The notes beneath the pieces are model-generated. The model was given only the letters and a program-made list of their open reading frames with translations, was not told where the DNA came from and searched no databases. Source: Conidiobolus incongruus B7586 (lineage: Eukaryota). Taken from it: a DNA stretch of 35,813 nt. The DNA lies in NCBI GenBank assembly GCA_000697335.1, contig JNEM01012434.1, positions 1-35,813 of the forward strand, in the 5' to 3' direction. Positions 1 through 11,076 of this stretch are shown here, piece after piece (positions within the stretch are counted from its first letter, which is position 1; the number at the start of each line of letters is the position of its first letter). A program made the position numbers and the translations under genes.

Positions 1-937
1 ATTGAAAAATATTGAATTTTATTATCAAATCTATTATATTTATCAAATATAATTTTTTTTGAATATGATTATTTTATTTTATGAAAAAATTATATTTAAG
101 GAAAATAATATAATTTTTAGCTATTTTAAGTTTAATTATATAATTTTAATGATAAATTTTAAAAACCTTTGCAAATTAAGTATTTATTATTAATATAGAG
201 TTTTTTCTATTAAAAAAAACAAAGTTATTAATTATTAAAACTATATCATTTGTTTCAGCTTAATATATTTTGTTAAAATATTAATTTAAAATTAGTGAAC
301 TTATTTATTAAGTTATTATAATTATTTTATTTTAAGAACACACTTTATAATAAATTATTTTCCCCTTATTTGATGAAATCACTCAATTTAATATAAGTTT
401 ATAATAATCTCTAATGTTAAATGTTTATTCCCTATTAATACTCTATAAGCTTAATTCCTCTAATATTTATAATTAACAATAATTATTAATATATATTTTG
501 AAATATATTATGTAAAGCAGATTTTTATTCAATATTAATTATTTATATTTCCTAGATTTATACTTTTAAGTATAAGATATTTTGCATAATTGTAGAAAAA
601 TATATAATGATAAAATCCAATTATCATTATTTATTGAAATTTAAATGTTATTTAATTAATAAATATTGATATTTCAATTCCAAATAAAGTTTATAACTTA
701 GTGCATATAATGTTAAGATTATTATTTATAAAATTAATTAATATAAATAAATATACAGGGATAATTAGGATTAATTCATTTATATATTTTTATATTATTA
801 TATTTACACCTTGATAAGTTTTGAATAAGTTTAAGAAAATTAAAATTATTAAAAATTTAATGAAAACTATATATTACTATAAAATAAAGAAAATTTTAAA
901 TTTTTATATACAAATATGAAATTAAATTTTATAAAAT

Positions 938-1945
938 TTAGTTATGAATATCAGTTTGAGAATCTGAACTAGGAAGTTTCTTAGGATTGATTATTTGATT
1001 CATTGTAACAGATCGTTTATCTAGAGGTTCAATATTAATATCAATTATTAAAATTATAAATAATTTACCGTGAATTATTCTATGAACTTTACTTTTTGCA
1101 AGTTTTAAAGAATCCCAAAAGGCTGGATCAATAGAAAAGGCGATAGATGTCAAAATCCCAGAGAGTCCTTGTGTTATTGCTAGCGTTATATAAATCAGGT
1201 AATAGTAATGTCCTGTTATATCCATAACAGATAAAGCTATTGGAGCTGGTAAAGTGATTAACGTTGCAAGCGGATATAAAAACGACCGCTCTGCCATCTT
1301 TTTGCGATTTTTCTTAAATTCTTCCTGTTCTTGAGGGTTTCTGATATGTAAATTAGCATAATTGCTGATCATTTTGTCGAAGCTTCTTCTACTAATGATA
1401 TATACTGTAACGCAAATAAATACAGTCAATAGTGCTAATATTCCAATTAGGCCTTCTTCGAATTTAAAATAAAGGGGATTATCAGAACCCGGACGGCATT
1501 CAATCTTACGCCGAACACCAGAATAGGTGCCGAGAAATCCAAATATTACCATGATAATCGTGATACAAAGCACCATTGATATCCAAACGCATAATTCATA
1601 TCTAACTGAAGATTTTTTAAGTAATATAATAGATCGATATAAATGAAAGCTGATTGCGATATTGGTAAAGAAGTAAAATAAACGACCAAAATATCTGAAA
1701 GCGGCAAGTCCTTCACAGTATCTCGTTCCCAACAACCTATCACTCCCAAGTGACATAACTTCTGAGAGATGTATACAAAAATCGGCCAAGGCTAAAGTTG
1801 ATATCAATCTTATTGTAAGACGATTAATTAATTTGAAGTCTATAAATCCTAATATAATAAGTGTTAAAATAACCAGACTGGTTGCAGTAATTCCAATAGG
1901 ATGAAGGATTTTGCCTATTATCACGTCAGGTTCATTTTCTCTCAT
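938..1945 (-). CDS. 7TM G-protein-coupled receptor-like protein (cAMP-receptor-like/Git3-like), copy 1; probable 48-nt intron 1021..1068
   Basis: About seven hydrophobic helices. RLTIRLISTLALADF after TM1, Cys before TM3 (RYCEG) and ECL2 Cys (ECRPG), a basic ICL3 ending RSFLYP, and TM7 QGLSGILT. A GTAAAT...CTCTAG segment (1068->1021) sits at the same position as the intron in copy 2 and, spliced, gives HDKRS...SDSQT. Confidence 0.85.
   Translation of the reverse strand: MRENEPDVIIGKILHPIGITATSLVILTLIILGFIDFKLINRLTIRLISTLALADFCIHLSEVMSLGSDRLLGTRYCEGLAAFRYFGRLFYFFTNIAISFHLYRSIILLKKSSVRYELCVWISMVLCITIIMVIFGFLGTYSGVRRKIECRPGSDNPLYFKFEEGLIGILALLTVFICVTVYIISRRSFDKMISNYANLHIRNPQEQEEFKKNRKKMAERSFLYPLATLITLPAPIALSVMDITGHYYYLIYITLAITQGLSGILTSIAFSIDPAFWDSLKLAKSKVHRIIHGKLFIILIIDINIEPLDKRSVTMNQIINPKKLPSSDSQTDIHN
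1021..1068 (-). other. Spliceosomal intron (48 nt, in-frame, stopless) in GPCR copy 1
   Basis: Minus strand G|GTAAATT...TATTAAT...CTCTAG|AT; same phase and position as the intron in the paralogue. Confidence 0.75.
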
Positions 1946-3644
1946 AATTTGTTTACTACAAATTTTAGCTCAGTTTTGAATCATATGATATTGATTAAAT
2001 TGTATTCTATTAGTTTTGTATTATCTTTTAAAGCTAATTATCTTAATTTCTTATTTAGTTAATTATTTTTTAATTAATAATATTTAGGATAATATTATGT
2101 CAAAATTTCAAATATTCAAGAGAAATTGGTATTTATATACTTTTGAAAGAATGAATCTTAAATTACTTTTTCATGTAAATTTAATATAGATTTAAATATA
2201 TATTTCACCTCTAAAACAATTGGAAATAAAGTTGTTTCAATATTGAGGATGCAAGAATCTGTGAGTGAATATTAATTACATTTCTACCAATTTTTTTACC
2301 TCAAATTCTACTCAATATATGATATCGGATTTTATATTCTTTTCAAATAAATATAATATAATTTTACTGTTCAAAATGAATAAAACAATAAAGTCTAAAT
2401 TATCAAATTTCTCTAACTTAAAAAAATGTATATATTATATTATTAAATTTATGATATAATTATTATAAATTATTGGTATTAATTTTCTATTATTTTCTAC
2501 ATTACATATAGATATTGCTATATAATAAATTTTGAGCAAAATTTAACTTTTTTAATTTTCAAAATATCCATTTTATATAAGTATAATATTCAATATTATT
2601 TTTCTAAAATAATTACTGATATCAAAAATTTATAAATTGGGTTTTTAGAATAAAATATATATCAAACACTTATAACTTAATATTAAAAGTGTTATTAGAA
2701 GTTTTAAAAATGGTAAATTTTTGGGATAAAAGTAGTTAAATGATTTTTATTAGTTTGCTTATATTAATTATATATTAAATGCTATTGTTGAATTTTTTAA
2801 ATAAAAGCAAGTCTTTCCTAGAAAATAACATAATCAATTAGCTTATGAAAGGGGTGGCTTCCAAAGAGATTTCTTGATTTAATATTGTAATTACATTTTC
2901 TTTGAATACTGACGAAATTTTCCCTTAACAATAATTATTTTCCAAGATTATATTATAGATATGATTTTCAAACTAATCATTTGAAACATCATCAGAAAAA
3001 ATCAGATAAATAATCAATCTTTTATTTGAAATTAATTTTACATACTATCAGAATAATATTTATTGAATATATTTAGTGTAATTGTGATAAATTTATATTA
3101 ATAAAATAATGAATAGTAATAAAAGATCTTTTACTTAAGATATTTAAGAAATATTAATTATTTAAATTATCTTATCATTGTTAAACTTATTTATTTAAAA
3201 ATTACAAATATATATTTAATTTTTTTCTAAGTAATCTAAATTTAATAAAGTATAATACAAAAATATGATGTTTGAATCTAAATTTCAGATTATTTAATAT
3301 GATTTTAAATATACCAATAGTCATTATATATTAAATAAATAATCATTAGTTTGTTAGTGTTATATTCTAGAAAATTTATTTTATATTAAAATATCTATAT
3401 AAATGTGTTAGCTCCTTTGATGAAATTTTAAATGAAATTAATTTGAATAACCATATTAATCATTCACATATAAATGTATAATCTTAATATTATTCTATTC
3501 ACCAATTCAGAATCCATATCTGGAACCTACCAAAATTTAATTTATTTGAAAATTATTATGAATATTAAATTCCAAACTTACCAATTTTATTAAATTTATT
3601 AAATACTGTGTAATATTAAAATGCTATTAGATAACTTTCATATA

Positions 3645-4659
3645 TCATACATTAAACTGAGTTTGTGAATCCGATATCGAATTTTTCATTTGATTGATTG
3701 ACACTCGATCCATTGGAAATGATCTTTTCTCTAGATCGAAAATTAATATCAAATATTAGTATTCTTCTACTAAAAGCTTTACCTTCAATATATTTTGTTA
3801 CTTTCAATTTAGCAATGTTGATAGAGTCCCAAAGTGCTGGATCTATATAAAATGCGGTAGCTGTCAAAATACCTGAGCATCCTTGAGTTAATGCAAGTAC
3901 AATATAGATAGCGGGATAATAGGTATTAGTAACATCCATTACAGATAAAGCAATAGGAGCAGGCAGTGTAATAATGGTAGCTAAAGGGTACAAAAATGAT
4001 CGTTCTGCCATTCTTTTACGCTGCCTCTTGAAAACTTGTTGTTCGAGTAGATTACTAATATGTAGATTTGCATAGTTTTCGATCGCCTTGACAAAACTTC
4101 TGCGACTAATAATATACACTGTCACACAAATTATCAAAGTTAATGATGCTAAAGATCCGATTAATCCCTCTTCGATTTTAAAATAAAGTGGGTTGTCAGA
4201 TCCTGGACGACATTCTATTTTATTTTCAACTCCCGAATAGGTACCCAAAAAGCCAAATATTACCATGATTATACCGATTACTAATATCATTGATAGCCAA
4301 ACTATCACTTCATATTTCATTGAAGATTTTTTTAGAAGAACAATAGATCTATAGAGATGGAAACTAATTGCAATATTGGTACAAAAATAAAATAACCTAC
4401 CGAAAAATCGAAATGCTGCCAATCCTTCACAATACCTAGTCCCTAGTAAGTGATGTGTACCAAGAGATAGTATTTCTGATAAATGGATGCAGAAATCCGC
4501 CATCGCAATAGTTGCGATTAATCTTATCGTAAGTCGATTGATGAGTCTGAAATCTATTGAACCCAAAATAACAAGTGTTATCATTATTAAACTAGTTGCT
4601 GCTATTCCTATAGGATGTAGAATTTTCCCAATAATAACGTCAGGATCATTTGATGACAT
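3645..4659 (-). CDS. 7TM GPCR-like protein, copy 2; exons 4659..3783 and 3730..3645
   Basis: Close paralogue of copy 1 (shared PDVIIGKILHPIGI, LGTRYCEGLAAFR, ECRPGSDNPLYFK, MAERSFLYPLAT). Removing the 52-nt GT-AG intron 3731..3782 shifts frame to give EKRSFPMDRVSINQMKNSISDSQTQFNV-stop (TGA 3647-3645), homologous to the copy 1 tail. The ORF-track C-terminus is therefore probably wrong. Confidence 0.85.
3731..3782 (-). other. Spliceosomal intron (52 nt) in GPCR copy 2
   Basis: Minus strand G|GTAAAG...TACTAAT (branch-like)...TCTAG|AG; splicing restores paralogue homology (KRS...SDSQT). Confidence 0.85.
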
Positions 4660-7600
4660 AATAATTGATATTAGGTATTAAACACAAATACAACCTAAAG
4701 AATATACTTTTATACAAACTTAATTTTAATCTTGAATGAAGAATTTGTAATATAATATATTTTTAAAGTAAATACCTTTAAAATGTAAGTCCATATTAAA
4801 TGACAGGTTTAAGATGGAAAACTTGGATTATTTATAATTTCATTATTTTCCAATTAGACTAATGATGATATGTTTATTTGCCTGTTTGATTTTATTAATT
4901 ATCTTGAATCCTGTTCAATTAATTTCAGTAATGCTTTATAAATTATGAATTCGATATTAAACAAAACCTCAAAATATCTCTAATTCAATCAAATAATATA
5001 AAAACAATAAACCTTAAAAATACTAGTATCTATTCATCTCACAATAATATACATATATTTAGATTTAAAGATAGTATACTCAAAATTGATTAATCATCTA
5101 AATCATGGAAATTACTTGTTAAGTTATTGAGAATAAAATATAATTTATAACTAAAGCTTATATAGGGATGTAATATAATCAATACCTTAGAGGTTTTCGG
5201 AAATATTTAATAAAATGTATCAATAGCTAGATATTTAAATATTTAAATATTATTCCAATTTAATAAACAAGGATTTAAAATATTTGAAAAAAAATTGAAT
5301 ATTTTTTATATTAAATACCACATATATTATGGTTTTGAAAAAATTTTAATATTTTATCACTATTAATTAGTTATAAATAGAAATTGAATTTTAAGATATA
5401 TTTTCTAACTATTTCTATTATTTGAATCTTTTATGCCTACTTTTTAATTATTTGCATTTTATTAATTTGAATTATATAATCCAAATAACATTTTTTAACT
5501 TAACTATATCAGCTTACGTTATTCCTTGTGATTAAAGATTAAAATACATTCAAATGAGTGGTTTTGTACATAAATTTCATTGGATAAATTTAATTAAAAT
5601 CAATTTTATGTATATGTTTCCAAACTGAGTGTTAAAGTTTATAAGTAATTAAAGTTTGAATTATTTATCAAATAAAATAATTAATAGATCTATTTTTCAA
5701 TTTTTTCTAATTCAAAATCAAATTTCTATTTACTAATTTTCACAACTTAAAACTTTAGTATTGACGAATATATAAATTAACTATGTTTTTTTATTATACA
5801 AAAATAGTTTGGTAATAATAAAAAAATTCTGCATGAAAACAAAGATATTAGACTTTATAAATCATCCATACAGCCGAAACTAAAACTGCCTATTCTGGTT
5901 TAATTTTGTATATTCGATTATTTTTGATATATTATAAAAATTTCCATATATATATACATTTGGTTGGAGCAGTTAAGTTATCTTGTAATCAAAATGCGTC
6001 AAAAATTGAATGATTTAGAAGAAAAGTAAGATATTTAGATATAAATGAATAAAAGATAAAACATTTGAATAAGTAGGATTAATTTTATGGATTATACTTA
6101 TCAAAATGATGTTTGTAATTTGATCTTTTTATGGCTGTGGGAATAATTTTGGATAGCCATTAGGTAATAATAATCAAAATCCAACCATATATATTTATTT
6201 AAGCGTTTAATTATTTTAACAAATGGATAAATAACAATATTCTATTCAATATAAAGATATATTGTATATTTAAGCAAAATATAGTACTAGTCAATTTTTT
6301 TATTATTACCATATTTTAAATTTGTTTTAGATTTTAATATTTATAAATTATTTAAATAATAGCAAAAATTTATTATTTTTTGAATAGTATATATATATTT
6401 ATTATATAAATCAGTGAATTATTTTTTCATTGTGAAAAATTAATATTATATAGTAAACTCACTAATCAAAATATAACCTTGTGAACTCAATAATTTGAAA
6501 TAGATGATTAATTAATCATTCGTTATATATAAATTTATATAATTGAAATATATTTTATAGATATTTTCTGTGTTTTAAGTTAATCAATATCCAATATATC
6601 CCTTTCTGTTTTCCTCTTCTTAACCTTCTAAAAATTGATATCCATAATCATATTATAGCTCAATAATGTTGAGGAATTAAAATATATTTATATTTGGAAA
6701 CCATGATCAAAAATTTCAAATGCTCTAGTAGTTAATACAATCTATTTGTTGTTTCAAAAAAAACATATTGTATATTTTAGTATTTGTTTTCTTAAAATCA
6801 TTCTTAATCAATAAAATAATAAATTTACACTCTTCGTATACTGTAAATATTATATATTACTCTTTATAAAGTATTTTTGATCAAATTAAAGGCTTAAATT
6901 GAACATTTTGTAATTGATAATTTATTCTATAAATATTATAATTTAATTTTACCGAATCATGAGGAATAATTGTACACATCACTCAAGAAACTCCAATTGC
7001 CACACTGATTCAAGAAGCCACATTGGAGGTGCTTCATTTCATGAACTGATAGAACCTATCACTTAATAAACACATCCTTCTACCTTCATTTCAAAAGCAT
7101 CCAGTCTCTAAGTTTTTCTCGTAACTCTCACAAAAGTATTGAGTCGTGACGAAAGTGAGATATTTATTAGCAGTAAGCCATTTTCACTCAATTTGGTGAA
7201 CCCCACTAACTTCTCCCAATTTTGTGGCAACCTATTGTTTACCAATGGCGATACCCTGTTTAAGCATCTAAAACATATTTCTTCCAGCAGTTACGACCGT
7301 CAATCGCTATATATTCATTAAAATATTAAATATTAAAATAGTCAAATTAAAAACAAACGATATTTTTATTTTGATATATAATTATAAAATTATAAAAATT
7401 TATTTATTGTAAAATCCAGATATTTGAATAGCTGTTTTACACTTGATATACAAATATAGCTGGATAAATGATATTATTAATAATTAAAAATATTCAATAA
7501 TAAGTTATCAGAGAGTTGATTTTGCCAAAATATGTTCCTTTCCAAATATATTATAATTATGTGAGAAATATAGAATAGGTTGCTTTCTAACACTATTGGT

Positions 7601-7966
7601 TAATAAAGACTATTCAGAAAATAATATTTTAGGGTAATTATATATTCATTATAAATGATAGATGAAAAAACCACTCTTCTCTATATAATCTAAGACTTTT
7701 ATTTTCAATACGAATGGTAATAAATCTAAAATAGTTAATAAATAGAAAAAGTATTATCATATTTAGATATATATAGTAATATAATACTGGAAATTTTATC
7801 AAATTTTATTGATATAAATTTGGAGTTATAAATTTAATCAATTAATGAGTAAAGCTGTGACACAAAATATACAATAATAGTTTTATAGTTTTTGAAATTT
7901 TATTATAAAGGTTTCAAGTTAAATATAGGAGAGAGGATAAAGTTAAGGTAGAACTTATTGGAATCT

Positions 7967-8848
7967 TTAACACTTAAGCTGGACACCATTCTTTTGAATG
8001 TATTCAACACCCGAAGCTTGGCCTCTTTGCTTAATGTAGGTAGTCTTCCAAGGAGTTGGATAGTTCCAGTTTGAGACACAAACATCGCCATTCTGGTATA
8101 CTTTTTCGACGATACCAACATGACCGGTGCCACCAGCACCGAGAACACCAGGTTGAGTGACGACCATGGCACCAACTGATGGTTTGGCTGAGATTGTGTA
8201 GCCACCTTTGCGTCTTGCGTCTGATGGCCACAGACGAGCGTCTCCGTTCAATTGACCATTGACTCCAAAGAGTTCTTTGTATCTGGCATCGGCCCACTCT
8301 GTGCATTGGCCGCTGGGGTAAGGTTGGTTCATAGGTGATCCGAATTGACCTTGGTTTTGGGCACTGGATTTGGTACATGGATCATTGTCAGGGACCGGAG
8401 CATCGCACTTTCCACCGGATGGGCGCTGACCTTGGTCTTGATTCTGATTCTGGTTTTGATTCTGCTGTTGTTGTTGATTTTGATTATTTCCAGGATATTG
8501 ATTTTGATTCTGATTCTGGTTAGGATATCGGCCATTGTTATGAGAACCTTGATCCCACCAGTTTCCTTGTTGATTTTGGTTATTCCAGTTATTCCAGTTA
8601 TTCTGGGGGCGATTCCAGTAGTTTCCTTGATTTTGGTTCCAATTGTTTTGAGGACGATTCCAATAGTTGCCTTGATTGCCACTATTCCAGTAGTTTCCTT
8701 GATTTCCGCTATTCCAACTCATTCCTTGGTTGCCATTGTTCATGAATTGATTGATCCAATTTCCCATTTGGTTACCACCATCGAAGAAGAGAGCCTGCAC
8801 TTCTGTGGTAGCGATGAGAGATAAAATAACGGTGTTCAAAGGATTCAT
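7967..8848 (-). CDS. Secreted CHAP-domain protein, copy 1 (signal peptide + W/N/Q-rich repeats + CHAP), 293 aa
   Basis: True start is probably ACC-ATG at 8848 (the track starts at TTG). Signal-like MNPLNTVILSLIATTEVQA. CHAP motifs YPSGQCTEW, GDARLW..A...GY, PSVGA, GHVGIVEKV..NGDVCVSNWN. No intron; GC far above the flanks. Confidence 0.88.
   Translation of the reverse strand: MNPLNTVILSLIATTEVQALFFDGGNQMGNWINQFMNNGNQGMSWNSGNQGNYWNSGNQGNYWNRPQNNWNQNQGNYWNRPQNNWNNWNNQNQQGNWWDQGSHNNGRYPNQNQNQNQYPGNNQNQQQQQNQNQNQNQDQGQRPSGGKCDAPVPDNDPCTKSSAQNQGQFGSPMNQPYPSGQCTEWADARYKELFGVNGQLNGDARLWPSDARRKGGYTISAKPSVGAMVVTQPGVLGAGGTGHVGIVEKVYQNGDVCVSNWNYPTPWKTTYIKQRGQASGVEYIQKNGVQLKC
8560..8725 (-). repeat. Intragenic tandem repeats encoding NQGxxWN / NYWNRPQNNWN units
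   Basis: Plus-strand CCAGTAGTTTCCTTGATTT-like unit recurs; the protein shows about five NQG(N/M)(Y/S/W)W units. Confidence 0.75.
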
Positions 8849-8901
8849 GGTCAATATATCAAATATGACTTTAAGTTAATGATTTTTGATTTCAAACTCT
8901 C

Positions 8902-8910
8902 CTTTATATA
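8902..8910 (-). promoter_or_regulatory. TATA box of CHAP copy 1
   Basis: TATATAAAG on the minus strand about 55 nt upstream of the ATG. Confidence 0.5.
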
Positions 8911-10323
8911 ATACATAACTTGCAAAATCTGTTGCCGAATGATATATTATACGGATATACAAAACCAGTAACATACAAAAAAATGGATACAATATAATCA
9001 ATATTTGAACTATTTTCAAATCACGAAACCTATCATAATTCTTAAAACCGCGAATAATTACCAATTACATTGATATACCACAAAAATTCTCAAAGATTTG
9101 AAAAACGAGCAGAGTTGGCGTTTATTAATGCATTACGATTATCTATTTAATTAAAACTAGAATTGCCAATGTCGACCTGGTTTGATCTATTGGTGACACG
9201 ATTATTATCAGGAGTCGGTCAATTGGGTGTACTTAACTATCAATTTTTGTGTAATTTTAGATGGTTCAGGTTTTTTAATAAATAGTATCCAATTTAGCAA
9301 AATGTATAATCCAAAGTGTAATAATATTACTATATATAGTTAACTATAGTTAAATACTAAATTAACATCTAAAGATATATGTTTTTTGTTTTTTAATCAA
9401 AATTGATGTAATTAATTGTTAATTTAAAATTCTAAACATGAAGGCGCTAAAAATCATATATTCGGAAATAATTATTAAAAATCTAGGTTTTAAAAGATTA
9501 AATTATTTTAATAATTTTCAAAATTCTCAAAATTCAAAAGCATATAAAAATAAACTTGTTTTTAATTAAAAAAATTGACAGAATTATTTTAAGAAAGTTG
9601 AACAATGTATTAATAAAATGAAATAATTATGCGTTGGAAAAATTAAAGAAATATTCGCCCATTTTATTAAAATAATTTCGAAATTTGTGGATCAACTTAA
9701 AAATAGAAATTGTTAATAATTCGTTCGATATACTTTTGAACAAATAATAAATGGTATAAAACTTGATATTCTAATTAATATTATAATACATTGCATTAAA
9801 GAGCTTGGATTAACTCACAATGTTTAATTCATAATATAGTTTTTAGTTTAATTTCGATATTTAAGATTGCTAAAAGCAAAACTGACTAATTATCAAATAA
9901 TGATCCCCTTTATCAGCTCATTTTACAGAAAAAACATCAATATACAGAATTTTTGAAAATATTTTAAAAATTTGCTTTATTCGATTACAATATTGTAATA
10001 GATAAATATTTGTCTTAAAAAGTGTTATTTCTAAATTATTCTATAAATAATAATTGTTATATATTTTTAAATAAAATCTACATAATATTTTTAATTTATC
10101 TCTTATTTATTACCATTAAAAAAGCAGCGAGTTAAAAATTCAGATTGAATAGTCAGTTTGAAGGTATAATGAATGTAACAATAGTTATGTTTTGATATTG
10201 CTCATATGTAAAACTTTTGATCTTAACAAATTATTGTTAATTATATTGATAATATAATGTAAAAAGAGAGAGAATTAGAAATAATAGTATAAAATTATTA
10301 TGTTTGAATACAGTGAAGTTAAA

Positions 10324-10396
10324 CGATTCCACCAGGGATTGAACCTGGAATCTCTTGATCCGTAGTCAAGCGCCTTATCCATTTGGCCATGGAACC
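10324..10396 (-). tRNA. tRNA-Arg(ACG)
   Basis: Minus strand GGTTCCATGGCCAAATGGATAAGGCGCTTGACTACGGATCAAGAGATTCCAGGTTCAATCCCTGGTGGAATCG: acceptor GGTTCCA/TGGAATC, anticodon stem CTTGA/TCAAG with loop CTACGGA, T arm CCAGG-TTCAATC-CCTGG; 73 nt, no encoded CCA. Confidence 0.95.
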
Positions 10397-11076
10397 TTGT
10401 TTATTCTAGTGAAAAGAATAGTTGTGGAAGAAAGCTTTTGTTTATTAGAATTCGAAAATAATAAATACAATAATAGCTTATTCATGATACAGGTTTATAA
10501 TACGATTTTTTCATTATCTCTTATTTTTCATATATAATGAATTGTTTATTAATCAATTGATATTCAAAGATGTAATTAATCAATTACAAACAATATCAAA
10601 TTTTATAATTTTATTATTTATTACAATATTATAATCACTTTTTTTAATTTATAACCAAAATGGCTTTAATAAATCAAGATTTCTTTGATAAAAGACAAAT
10701 ATTGGTATCAGCTTAAATATTAATCATAGTCTAATATAAATGTGATTATTAAAAAATAAAATTTTGACATTAATATTATTTCTTTGAACTAATGGTATAT
10801 AATATTTTAAAATTTTTATTAATTGTTTGGTTAAAAAATAATACTATTATTAGTTTTTATTTTATAAAAATTTAACTGAATATGAATAAATTCATCTAAT
10901 TTTTAATAGTTATTCAAAATCCTACTTTTTATATAAATAATTTGAGCAATAATTGAAATTTAATGGAATTTTAGAATAAATAAAATTTATAATTATACTT
11001 AATCTCGATAAATATCTAATCAAATTATGGAAGACTTAGTATTTATTTAATAAATCATTGATCAGTATTGATTTAC

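Noticed and set aside
8345..8824. Hydrophobic ORFs 8345..8824, 11683..11982 and 14903..15514 that look like membrane proteins
   Set aside because: They are antisense shadows of CAA/AAT-rich Q/N repeats in the CHAP genes.
9335..9348. Palindrome TATAGTTAACTATA, and a short TGAATTAAA tandem near 30600
   Set aside because: These are low complexity and expected by chance at this AT content.
9438..9960. Possible decayed LRR/F-box-like gene
   Set aside because: Only short stop-interrupted K/I/N-rich frames are present, as expected in AT-rich DNA.
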